Shown piece after piece: positions 12,376 through 24,297 of a stretch of 64,000 bases of DNA (the stretch's first letter is position 1; every line of letters starts with the position of its first letter). This DNA is from Heterodontus francisci. Lineage: Eukaryota. A program made the position numbers and the translations under genes. The stretch spans positions 56,832,091 through 56,896,090 of the forward strand of contig NC_090397.1 of NCBI RefSeq assembly GCF_036365525.1, in the 5' to 3' direction. The notes beneath the pieces are model-generated. The model was given only the letters and a program-made list of their open reading frames with translations, was not told the DNA's origin and made no database searches.

Positions 12376-13550
12376 GTAAGTAACTGTTCAGAGAGCCCTG
12401 CTGCTCCGTGACTCAAATTCTTTGGGAACCTACAGTGTTTGTTCGCCCTTAGAGAGTGACTGGATCCCCAATCTAGTTTCGGCCAATTCATCCTGTCCCC
12501 CATCATGTTCCCAACATTGTATTGAGCTGCTTCTTGAAGTCTAGTTCAGGCATGCTGTGATGAGTTTGGTGGGGGAGTGAGCAAGTGCATTCCCTAGTAG
12601 TCTAATACAGTCCCCACCGGGGACTGGGTGTTAATGAGATTTGCTGATGTGCACAGCGGTGAAACCGAAAAGCAAAGTAGCCAGCTTCTGCTAATATTTA
12701 TAAAACAAAGAAAATCTCTGTAGCAGCAGCCTCTCCTATTGGTTGCCAGTTGTGCCCAGAATTCACATCACTACAGTAATTTCAGTTTTACCAGGTTGGA
12801 GAAGCTGGTTGAAACTGCTTGAGGAACCAGCTTTGCCTGAAATCAGCAGAGCCTTTTAAGTGGGTCAGAACTTTGCCTGAAATAGCTGGCAGGCTTAATA
12901 AGTTACAAGCGCCTTTCTGATTGCCCTAGACATGAAATGGTTAGTGCCATATGCCCAATGCAGGCAAGCCCATGATAAGCATAGGTGGTGGTGGTGGGGA
13001 TTGTAACTGGGTCTCCAGTACATGTGCTTCTTCTGGGGGGCAATCTCGGCCCCTCCTACTCCAGATAAAGGCTCCTCTTCCCATTTATTTCTCCTGTTTT
13101 GAGAGCCAAGAGGGAATTTAGAATGTCTCTACTTATACATTTCTTGATGCTTGAGTAGGCTGCATTCCTAATGGAATTAAAAGATTGTTGGCTTGGGGAA
13201 CAGTCAGCCTGGAAAAGGAACAAAAGCAGAGGGAAGTGTAGTCAGGTTCTTCTACAACCTCTCTCTGATTCCTGCAGAGGCTATAAGAAATAACTTGTGA
13301 TCTGATTCAGTATTCCCTCTGTCGGGTGCGCTGTGTGATGATTGCTGTCCTCTGTTCCCAATGTTTTAACAGTTCTGATTTCTGCTTCTCTTTATTTGGA
13401 ACATTACCCTCAATGATTTCATCCAAAAGGTAGTAATTTGCCAGATTTTCCTTATTAGCTACCTAATATTTAAATTGCATCTACATCCATCAATACATGC
13501 AGTAATTTATCAGAAGTACAGGGCTCCTGGCTGGTATTTCAGACCTGAAT

Positions 13551-14226
13551 CATCATCTTTGGCCTCCTTATCTCGAGAGACAATGGATAAGCGCCTGGGG
13601 GTGGTCAGTGGTTTGTGAAGCAGCGCCTGGAGTGGCTATAAAGGCCAATTCTAGAGTGACAGGCTCTTCCACAGGTGCTGCAGAGAAATTTGTTTGTCGG
13701 GGCTGTTACACAGTTGGCTCTCCCCTTGCGCCTCTTGTCTTTTTTCCCGCCAACTACTAAGTCTCTTCGACTCGCCACACTTTAGCCCCGTCTTTATGGC
13801 TGTCCGCCAGCTCTGGCGAACGCTGGCAACTGACTCCCACGACTTGTGATCAATGTCACAGGATTTCATGTCGCGTTTGCAGATGTCTTTAAAGCGGAGA
13901 CGTGGACGGCCGGTGGGTCTGATACCAGTGGCGAGCTCGCTGTACAATGTGTCTTTGGGGATCCTGCCATCTTCCATGCGGCTCACATGGCCAAGCCATC
14001 TCAAGTGCCGCTGACTCGGTAGTGTGTATAAGCTGGGGGTGTTGGCCGCCTCGAGGACTTCTGTGTTAGAGATACGGTCCTGCGCCCTGATGCCAAGTAT
14101 TCTCCTGAGGCAGCGAAGATGGAATGAATTGAGACGTCGCTCTTGGCTGACATACGTCGTCCAGGCCCCGCTGCCATAGAGCAAGGTACTGAGGACACAG
14201 GCCTGATACACTCGGACTTTTGTGTT
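13551..14226 (-). mobile_element. RTE-clade LINE, 5'-truncated 3' end
   Basis: ORF 13651-14211 has YQACVLSTLLYG..W...LNSFHLRCLRRILGI...LRWLGHVSRMEDGRIPKDTLY.EL..GRP, typical of the RTE RT C-terminus. It has a (GAT)n tail and a possible TSD CTGAAT (13545-13550 / 14227-14232). Confidence 0.88.
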
Positions 14227-14610
14227 CTGAATAGAATCAGTGAATTCATATGGAGTCTTTCTTCCCTGAATCCTGCACTCTGAAGCATTACAAGTGGTTC
14301 CTGGTGATGAAAATTAGTTTTTTGTGCAATTGTGTATAGCAATAGAAGAGGGCTACGTGCACAGATAATGGTGGGTTCGCTGTACTATTTTGTTGCCTTT
14401 GGCAGCTTGACCCCCTTTGATCCCAGTTCCCTGCCTTTTCTCCATATCTTGTATATATCTATGCTCGCTTTTCAGCGTTGCACCAATGGCTTTCTGGGGC
14501 AAGTTGTTCCACATTCGATCAACACTGTGCACAAAATCTACAGGATTTGCTTTTTCCTGATTTGGCTCAGACTCTAAGATTGTGTCCTCTTGTTTCTTAT
14601 CTATATGTAG

Positions 14611-14707
14611 TGGATCAACGAGACCATTTTGAATCGTTTGGTCAAAGAGATTGACAGTGTGAACACACAGCTAAGGAGACTGGGGTGTCCCGAGCTGCAA
14701 GTGGGTG
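14611..14707 (+). CDS. TMEM209: TMEM209 coding exon 8 (WINETILNRLVKEIDSVNTQLRRLGCPELQVG)
   Basis: WINETIL..GCPELQ motif; tgtag acceptor, GTATGT donor; phases 0/1. Confidence 0.96.
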
Positions 14708-15361
14708 GTATGTATGTTGTACAAGAACTTAAAGCCAGGGAGGGTTTAGCTATGCCCTTGGTTAGCCATCTTTAAGCAGTGAGCAGTTAGACCACACTAC
14801 ACTGGAAGATTCCAGGTTTGATTCCCGGTCTGTGCTGAGTTTGCTGATCCTGGCCAGGACAGTTGGAGGGGATGCTAAAATAGTCCACAGTGCCCTGTGG
14901 GTTTTGAGGGTGGTGGGGCGGGGGGCGGAGGATGGTGGTGGAGACATTACCTTCCTGTGTAGATTACTCCACATATTTGCCAGAATTTTGATGGTGTTTA
15001 ACTACATATTTCAGCATCAAGTATAACAGGACCAATAAATGCCTCCATGCAGCATCATGGTTTGGGACGGAGCGGGGTAAAGTATGTGTATCTGCGCTGG
15101 AGAGGGAAGCTGGTGGGGCCTCTTCTTCTTTTCCTTTTTTATCATCTTTCCCTACTCTTAGTATAATCAAAATGGGTACTTGAAGTGTAGAGCTTCGTAG
15201 CAGCGTGCAAGGTGCCTTGCTGCTCTCTGACGCACTTGGTGTAGGGATTGTTGGGTGTGTGCTGTATCTTACTGCTCGCTGACACACTTGATGTTACAGC
15301 AGTGATACAGGAGCTCTGGGTTTGTGAATGTAATTGTGTAGTGACCTAAGTAAACTCTTAA

Positions 15362-15610
<249 letters not shown>

Positions 15611-16169
15611 TGACTACATCAGATCATAATCATCAACCTTGACTGAGTCTTAAGTGGATGAGGTAGTGCAGTGGCTTAATGTGACTGAGATGTGGTGTTG
15701 AATGCAGGCCAAACCAATAAGATGAAAATTTACTTTTAATCTCTCTCTTCCCCACCCCAATGTAAGGGCCCATTAATGAGTTTGGGGATCTCTTCAGCTC
15801 CTTTATAGATGTGGATCCACAGCATTAAACTGACCATCTAACTCTGAGAAGCAATGGGATGGCTGGGGTGGGAAATGTCACAATTATGCAGTTGATGGGG
15901 TGGAATTTAGACCCATTGGACAGAATAAAAGATGTTTTATGATGCATCAGGCTGTTGTAGCTGCTCTGGGAATGCTTGTTTCTACCATTGGGTGCATGCA
16001 GTAGAAAATATTCCATTCCTCAGTGCTAACACCTATCTTGAGCTCAAATGTGGGAAAAAACTAATTGGTGTGGGCAGGAGTTCAAAATGCGTAAGGAGCG
16101 TCCAGCCATGCTACATTGGTGGTTAATAAGTTACTATCCGTCTCCATTGATATTCAGGGTTCCTATTAA

Positions 16170-16346
<177 letters not shown>

Positions 16347-16985
16347 TGAGTCTCCCTATGTGCGTATGTTAATTCCTAGAACCGGGCAACTAGTGGGTGC
16401 ACTTGAGCGAGAGCAGACACCTTATCTGACAGTTTCCCTCTCTTGTCTAATGATTAGCCTTTCCTCTGATGACTGAAATAGGAAACCTGCTGTTTTGGTG
16501 GGGGGTGGGATGGGTAGAGGGTATGACTTAATGAAGTCACCAGTTCATATACATCATCCCATTTACTGAGCCATCCCAATAATAAGATACAAGTGTAGCA
16601 ATGTCTTACATTTATATAGTGTCCTCAATATCTTGAGGTTCTTTACAAATAGCGATAGGGAAAATAGAACTGAGCGATGGTGGGTGGGTTTAGGAGGGGG
16701 TGCCTCAAAGGTTGATTGGAAAGGTGGCAAGAGAAGTGGAGAGGAGTAGGAATTTAGGGAAGGAGGCTGGAGAATTGAGCTGAGGGATCTGAAGACACTG
16801 CTACCAATGCTGGGGTGAAGGGAGGGCCAGAGTCAGAGGACTAAATGGGTATAAGACTGGAGGAGTTTGCAAAATGCATGAGGTAAGACTGTGGATGCTT
16901 TTTAATGAGGCTCACCGACTGCATACTTATGAACGCTATTTAAAGGCTCTTAGGGAGCATAAACTCTAGCGCAGACCAGTTAGGC

Positions 16986-17460
16986 CAGGGGTCTGCAACC
17001 TGCGGATCCGGATAATATCTCATTTGTGGTTCCCAACCTTTTCCAGTTGGATCGCATTAATATGGAAAAGCCTAAAAAAATTAAATCAAGAAAAGTAAGA
17101 GCTGTGTTTTTATTGTGGGGATAAAAAGCTACTCATTATGCTGCACTTTATGGTCTTAAATGATTGTTTTAACGAGAAACATCATTGTGCTCTAAATAAA
17201 CTTGTTCAAGTGGTATCGCCACACCCTGGTTATAGATCATGCCTTTGGTTCGAGGAACAGGTTTTATGGTTGCAATCATTATTGTTTCTAATATAGCTGA
17301 GACGCTAAATTATTCTGAATGTGCTATTTTTGTGTCACAGGAATCAATATCTGAAAAAGTTGTCTTCTACGCATCTGAAGTTAAAGTTTGTTTTAAAGAT
17401 GACTTTACTGATAAAATTATAGTAAATCAAAAAAGGCGATAATTAAGTTAGCTCTTTTAA
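16986..17460 (+). mobile_element. Left end of a hAT (Charlie-like) DNA transposon
   Basis: Begins CAGGGGTCTGCAACCT, a hAT/Charlie-type terminus, followed by an abrupt AT-rich interior. The matching right terminus was not found. Confidence 0.5.
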
Positions 17461-17462
17461 TT

Positions 17463-17655
17463 TACATAAGAACTCGGAGCAGGAGTAGGCAATTCAGCCC
17501 CTCGAGCCTGCTCCGCCATTCAATACGATCATGGCTGCTGATCTCATCTTGGCCTCAACTCCACTTTCCTGCCCGTTCTCCATAACCCTTCAACCATTTC
17601 TAATTAAAAATCTGTCTATTTCCTCAAATTTACCCAATGTCCCTGCTTCCACCGA
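17463..17655 (-). mobile_element. CR1 3' tail fragment
   Basis: cataagaact.ggagcaggagtaggc...cctcgagcctgctccgccattcaat matches 33990-34070. Confidence 0.8.
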
Positions 17656-17804
17656 ACAATATCAGCACGGGTCCCTGCTCCTGTTCACTGTTGGTGGAAT
17701 CCTACTGGAAGGATGTGGATATTTGATGACTCCATCACTGCGGTGGAGATTTACCAGAATCATGCTGGCATTCTTATCCAATTTATTTAATGGAGGTGTT
17801 CAAA

Positions 17805-18145
17805 CTTGAGGGGTTTTGATAGGAGTGAATAAGGAGAAACTGTTTCCACTGACTGGATTGGTAACCAAGGGACACAAATTTAAGATAATTGGGAAAAGAG
17901 CCCGGTGGTGGGGGGGAGTTTACAAGTTTACTCAGCGAGTGGCCTTTGGTCAGGGATGCAATGCCTGAAAGGCAGGTGGAAGCAGATTGAATAATTTTCA
18001 AAAGGGAATTGGACGAATACTTGAATAATTTGCAGGACTGTGTGGAAAAAGCATGGCAAGTTTGACAAAATCAGATAGTTCTTTCAAAGAGCCGGCACAA
18101 GTGTGACAGGCCGAGTGACCACCTTCTGTACTGTATAATTCTATC
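17805..18145 (+). mobile_element. Decayed CR1 3' fragment
   Basis: Contains gaagcagattgaataattttcaaaagggaattgg and a CR1-type tail. Confidence 0.65.
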
Positions 18146-18393
18146 TGACACGAGCACTTCCAGTTGGGGGGTCACTGAGGAACAATCAGCTGCACCCCTG
18201 ACTGATTTCCTCTTCCTTAATCATGGGACTGATCACTCAGCACAGACCCTACTGAAAACCCAAGACCTTCCTGGTGTCTGTAGTTCCCCTCCTGGCTGGA
18301 TAATCTCACAGCTATTGGAGGGGACCTTGTGCTGCCCTCCGTGTCTGCTTTACTGCCCTAGTCTAACTTGCGCATGTTTTCTGCACTGCGTAG

Positions 18394-18672
<279 letters not shown>

Positions 18673-18739
18673 TAGATGCTGAAACAGTCCGTTCGGCAAC
18701 TGCAAGTTCATCTAATGTGCAGCTGTTGTAACTGCTCCT

Positions 18740-19060
18740 ATGTAGACCCGCAGCAGCCATTTTGCACACAGTAAGATCCCACAAACAGCACCGGGTTGAA
18801 TGGTGAGTCAGTTTGTTTTTAAGGGAGGAATATAAGCCAGGATTTCAGGAGAACTCCCTGTTTTGATTTGGTGCAAAAGGATCTTTAACATCCACCTGAG
18901 CGTATAGAAAAGCTTTTAATTCAAAGTCTGATGTAAAAGATGGCACCTCCAACAGTGCGGCACTCCCTCAATACCGCAGTGAGGAGTCAGCCTGGATTAT
19001 GTGCTCGTACCCTACAGTGGGCTTGAATCCACAACTTTCACACTCTGAGGTGTGCATGAG
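18740..19060 (-). mobile_element. Deu-domain SINE
   Basis: ggatcttt.acatccacctgag...agatggcacctccaacagtgcggcactccctca...gtcagcctggatt. Confidence 0.7.
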
Positions 19061-19138
19061 TTCATCTGAACCACTGTGTGGTTAGCTATTAGCGATATTT
19101 CCCCATTGTACCTTAACTTGTGTTATTAAAAGACATAG

Positions 19139-19309
<171 letters not shown>

Positions 19310-19774
19310 TGATTTTTTAAAAAATTCCTTCCTTCTCTTGAACCCTGTCTAGGTGATGAATGAAAGAAACAAGGATTTGCATTTATATAGCAACTTTCCC
19401 ATCCTTACGTCTTCAAGCACTTCACAACCTTTATTTTAGAGAAGCATGGCTGTCAATGTATGCACAAGCAGCAGTGCAGTGAATGAACGATTGATTAATG
19501 TTGAGGTGGACACCAGGAGAACATGCTGCTCTTGGTGCCATCAGATCTTTTAGATCCATCTGTACAGGCAGACTAGGCCTTGGGTTAACAGCTCCCTCAG
19601 TATTACACAGAAGTGTTGACCTGTCTTATGTATTCAAGTTGTGGCACAAGACTTGAACCCACAATCTTCATAACTTGGCAGCATGCTGCTCCTGAGCCTT
19701 AAACCTCTGTGCAGCCTCAGTTTGTTTCTGATTGTTGGAGGAGTGAAACTGTTACCAAAGATTAGAAAGAGAGA

Positions 19775-20790
19775 CCGTCTAATTCCCTTTTGAATGCTTC
19801 AATTGAACCTGCCTCCACCACGTTCTCAGGCAGTGCATTCCAGACCTTAACCACACTCTGTGTGACACAGTTTTTCCTCATGTCACTTTTGCTTCTCATC
19901 AAATACTTTAAATCTGTGCCCTGTCATTCTCGATCCTTTCACGAGTTTCTGTCCATCTACTCTGTCCAGACCCCTCATAATTTTGAATACCTCTATCAAA
20001 TCACCTCTCAGCCTTCTCCAAGGAAAACAGTCTTAACTTTCCCCAATCTATCTGCATAACTGAAATTCCTCATTCTTGGAACCATTCTTGTGAATCTTTT
20101 CTGTACTCTCTCCAATGCCCTCACCTCTTTCCTTAAGTGCGGTGCCCAGAACTCTGGGGGAGGTGGTGGCGTACTGGTAATGTCACTGGACTAGTAACCC
20201 AGAGATTCAGGCTACTGCTCTGAGGACATGGGTACGAATCCCACCGTGGCAGATGGTGAAATTTGAATTCAATTAATCTGGGAATTAAAAAGCTAATCTA
20301 ATGGTGACCCTGAAACCATTGTTGATTGTTGTAAAAATGCATCTGGTTCACTTCTGCCGTCATTCCCTGATCTGGCCTACATGTTAATTCAGACCCACAG
20401 CAATATGGTTGACTCTTTTTTTTTTTATTAAACAAAAGCCCTCTGAAATGGCCTAGCAAGCAATTGGGGATGGGCAATAAATGCTGGCCTAGCCAGGGAC
20501 GCCCATATCCCACAAATGAATAAAAAAAAGAACTGGACGCAATACTCCAGCTGAGGCCAAACTAGTGTCTTATACAAGTTCAACAAAACTTCCTTGCTTT
20601 TGTACTCTATGCCCTTAATACTGTATGCTTTATTAACCACTCTCAACCTGTCCTGCCACCTTCAATGACATATGCACATATACACCCAGGTCCCTCTGCT
20701 CCTGCACCACCTTTAGAATTGTACCCTTTATTTTATATTCTTCCGTGTCCTTCCTACCAAAATCAATCATTTCACATTTCTCTGCATTGT
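19775..20790 (-). mobile_element. CR1 RT 3' fragment, split by the SINE at 20154-20528
   Basis: Minus-strand translation gives GIEYKSKEVLLNLYKTLVWPQLEYCVQF, and the sequence continues across the insertion. Confidence 0.8.
20154..20528 (+). mobile_element. tRNA-derived SINE sharing its 3' tail with the LINE at 30770-33647
   Basis: A box TGGCGTACTGG, B-box-like GGTACGAATCC, tail GGGATGGGCAATAAATGCTGGCCTAGCCAG..ACGCCCA.ATCCCA, then polyA. TSD AGAACT at 20148-20153 / 20529-20534. Confidence 0.8.
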
Positions 20791-20995
20791 GATAATGGCC
20801 AGATATAATCCATTTTAGGTATTGGTTGGGGGGGGATAAATATTGGCCAGGACCCTGGGAAGAACTGCCCTGCTGCTCTTCGAAATTGTGTGATGGGATC
20901 TTTTACATCCAACTGTGCGGACGTTCACGGTCTAAGTTTAATGTCTGACCAAATTAGATTTTATGTTCCACTTAGAATAATCTTTCATTTTGCAG

Positions 20996-21069
20996 GACAG
21001 GAGCAACATGTTCCACATCATCCTGATGTTTTTGTACATAATTAAAATGAAGGAGTCGGGAATGTTGGG
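20996..21069 (+). CDS. TMEM209: TMEM209 coding exon 13 (DRSNMFHIILMFLYIIKMKESGMLG)
   Basis: NMFH..LMFLYIIK.KESGMLG motif; tgcag acceptor, GTACGT donor; phases 0/2. Confidence 0.96.
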
Positions 21070-21714
21070 GTACGTGGTTATTTTCAGACTTTCCTAACTC
21101 TCTGCTGTTTGATTTCTCCTCAAATCATTAGCACATAAAGATTTGTATTTTTGGGGCTGATTTGTTATCTTGCCCATCGCATTCCAAATTTGTACATTCG
21201 CAATCCAGCAAAAAATAAAAATCTCCATCCAGACTTCCTAATTTGCCTATCAGCTCAACTAAAACTTCTGATCTCCCGCTGAAAGGGGAAAGTAAAGAGC
21301 TGTGTATCTGACTGCCTCAGCCCCTGACCCAAGTTCTCTCCAAAGACTGAAGACCAGCTCCCAGCAATTCCACGAGCAATGCTGGGGGAGATGTGCATGA
21401 CAGTGGCCTTGGGATCAGTGCGATTCCACAATGGAAAGTTCCTGTTCTCTTTTTTACCTCCCCCCCCCCCCCCCCCCTCAAACTCGAGGTCTCTGGGTAC
21501 ATCATGTTGATGGGCTGGATATAAAAGCCACATACAAAACTGCATTTCCACATAGTCCAGTGCTCCTTAATACTGAATTTACTAAAGGTTTTCTTAAACC
21601 CAATGAAGATGCTTGTTTCTCAGTACCTCAATGCGTGTGAGTCATTTGCTTGGGACTTAATCCCACAATTTTTCTTACATTTCTTCCTCCTGCAGGCTCT
21701 GATTTTTGTTCAGG

Positions 21715-22155
21715 GTTCAGAATGAAACTGACTAAAAAGGTTAAATTATGAGGGCAGCTTGCATAAACTTGGCTTGTATTCCCTTGAGTATAGAGGGTTG
21801 AGGTGATCTGATCGAGGTGTTTAAAATGATAAAAGGATTACACATGTTAGATACTCAGAAGCTATTACTTCTGATGGCAGAATCCTAAACAAGGGGCATA
21901 ATCTTAAAATTAGAGCTAAACCATTTAGGAGTGAAATCAGGAAGTACTTCTTTACAGAAAGGGTAGTGGAAATCTGAAATTCTCTCAAAAGGCCATGGGA
22001 TGTTGGGAGACAGTTGGAGTTTTCAAGACTGAAATCGGTAGGTTTTGTTAAGTACATCGAGGGATATGGGTAAATGGAGTTTAGGTACAGGTTCGCTATG
22101 ATCTAACAATGTTGGAACAGACCTGAGGGGCTGAATGGCTTCTGTTCCCATGTTC
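21715..22155 (+). mobile_element. Decayed CR1 3' end
   Basis: Degenerate ..GLYSLE.R.LRGDL..RGHNLK..FFTERVV pattern plus tail gaggggctgaatggc. Confidence 0.75.
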
Positions 22156-22513
22156 TCGGGCATAGTGCAATGGGTTTTAGCAGCGCAATCGAGTGGCTAT
22201 TTTGTGTGAGAGCTGGGCAGTATTTGTTTTTGGTAGTCAAATGGAGGGAGTCATCACAGGTAAACCTGAACCTGTCCTCCCCTGACACTAATACATATGG
22301 CCCTGCCAGGTTGGGGGGCTGCTGGGTGGGGATGGCAGGGTGAGGGGGTGGTCATTAGTAATGGGGATTGTTTCACCTCCCTAGCCCAGGCTGTTTTGCA
22401 CTACAGAGTCACCTGCTAAGATCAGCTCATTCAGCATAGGCCAGAGATAAAGCCTGGCATTTTCCTGTTTGTGTGGGACTCTGTACCACACTGAGGTGCA
22501 TTTACCCAGTTCA

Positions 22514-22527
22514 CCACCAGGGGGTGC
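22514..22527 (+). promoter_or_regulatory. Candidate CTCF site
   Basis: CCACCAGGGGGTGC closely matches the CTCF core CCASYAGRKGGCRS. Motif only. Confidence 0.4.
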
Positions 22528-23550
22528 TCTGGTGTCAGTTTAATTGGTTTGGAACCTGTCTTTCCATAAAATACTTCTGTGCAAATCAGATCATTGGAGG
22601 AAGAAGCAAAACTGTCATTCTGTTTAAATAAGTATTCTGTACAGTTAAGTTTGCCCCTTTTGTATAATTTGGCAGCTGCAAAGAGCTGTAATAAGACTGA
22701 TATTCATTTGTGCCCTTTATACCCTCTCTCTCAAAATGTTTCTCAGCCGATTAAGTACTTCACAGATGCAGTGGCCAGTTTGTGCACTGCAAGCTCTCAC
22801 AAACAGCAAATGAGATGAGTGACCAGATACTTTTGGCCTTTGGTAATGGTTCTGGGAGGCATATTGACCAGGATGCTGGCAGACCGCCTGAAAGACAGTA
22901 CCTCCTACAGTGCCGCACTCCCTCAGGACTGTATTGAAGTGTCAGCCTAGCTAAAGTCACAATGTAACTCGGTTGGTTCCCACAGCATAAATTATTGATT
23001 ATCTAACTGGCAGGGGTAGGTGTCAGTGAGTGGATCTTGGGAGTGCCCGATATCTTCAGCTTCCTCTTTTTTTTTTGAATTAATGTTATTGGTGTTTCTG
23101 ATGAACTAATGAAACACATTTTCTGCAGTGGTTTTTGACACTATCCTACAGAAGATGGGGCAGGGTGTCCTCATACATCAGGGGGTCCCTGGGCATTTGC
23201 CCTTATTGGCAGGGGGTGTCCAGCAGTGTGTTAATATTAGGACAAGATTTCCCTGTGCAGTAAAGTTTGAAACCCAATGTGTTCCAGCAACGCTGCTTTT
23301 GAAAGCTGTTTTCAGGAGCCTATGTGCTGCACTATGTCCCTTACCTAAGGGGGCAGCTGTTCCTGAGCCAGCTGGTGGGTAACTGTAACCTGGAGTCAAG
23401 TCTTTCTCCAGATACTGAAAAAAAAAAATTTTTTTAAAGGCCTCCTCACCTCACCATCAAATGGTGGTAAATGTCCTTTGGGAAAAAATTAGAATGCAGT
23501 CTGCATGACCAGTGTATATTTAATCTTAATTATTTATTTTCCTTTTACAG

Positions 23551-23605
23551 GAGGGTGAATCTGGGCTTGTCTGGAGTGAACGTTTTGTGGATTTTTGGAG
23601 ACTAA
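23551..23605 (+). CDS. TMEM209: TMEM209 last coding exon (RVNLGLSGVNVLWIFGD*)
   Basis: Matches the C-terminus RVNLGLSGVNILWIFGE; tacag acceptor; TAA at 23603-23605. The spliced CDS totals 1695 nt, in frame. Confidence 0.97.
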
Positions 23606-24064
23606 GGAACAGTTGCCAGGAGACATAACTCCCCAATATTTGTATTCAATTTGTGCAGAAACTGAACTGATGCAGCATCTGGCCCCTCACCTCACTCGTA
23701 CTCCCCCAGTTCTTTCTCCTTGACCTTTCTCATACTGTCACCTGACCAGGAAGTGCAGGACTCTGGAACAGAAGCTCTGAAGCCAACCTTGTGACTTCTC
23801 CCTGTGACTGTGACGTCACTCTGGTCACTGAGTATCTGGCTGTAGTGCAGCTACTTCAATACTGAGAGGCACCTTTTTTTTTCTTTTTTGAAACAAAAGC
23901 TTTCTCTGTCTCAAAGTTTTGAAGAAAATAACTTCTTTGTACTGACGAATGGAAGTGAGCGTGTACGTTTCATGATCTACAAAGCATTGGGAAAGGCAGC
24001 AAAATGCTGCTGTATTTGCTGTGAAAGAGCAGCATTAATTCCTGTCAGGATTATGATATTTCTG

Positions 24065-24297
24065 AAACAAAAACAAGAAATGTTGGATTCACTCAGCAGG
24101 TCTGGCAGCATCTGTGGAAAGAGAAGCAGAGTTAACGTTTCGGGTCAGTGACCCTTCTTCGGTTCCGAAGAAGGGTCACTGACCCGAAACGTTAACTCTG
24201 CTTCTCTTTCCACAGATGCTGCCAGACCTGCTGAGTGAATCCAGCATTTCTTGTTTTTGTTTCAGATTTCCAGCATCCGCAGTATTTTGCTTTTATT
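24065..24297. mobile_element. Penelope-tail insertion forming a 206-bp palindrome (24061-24266)
   Basis: Arms 24061-24162 and 24165-24266 differ at one position. The right arm matches the Penelope 3' end at 43497-43595. 15-bp TSD ATTATGATATTTCTG at 24050-24064 / 24298-24312. Confidence 0.92.
24161..24197 (+). ncRNA. Minimal type I hammerhead-ribozyme-like motif (mirror copy on the - strand)
   Basis: GGTT-CCGAAGA-A-GGGTC(ACT)GACCC-GAAA-CGT-T^AACT. The core differs from CUGANGA at U4; stem III is reduced to the palindrome ACGT, as in Penelope minimal hammerheads. Confidence 0.6.

Noticed and set aside
23811-23818. TGACGTCA in the 3' UTR as a CRE
   Set aside because: Isolated motif with no promoter context.
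24061-24266. The palindrome as a pre-miRNA, a MITE or a terminator
   Set aside because: The arms are Penelope tail sequence with an asymmetric extra tail and a 15-bp TSD. That fits retroinsertion with inversion rather than a TIR element or a conserved miRNA.
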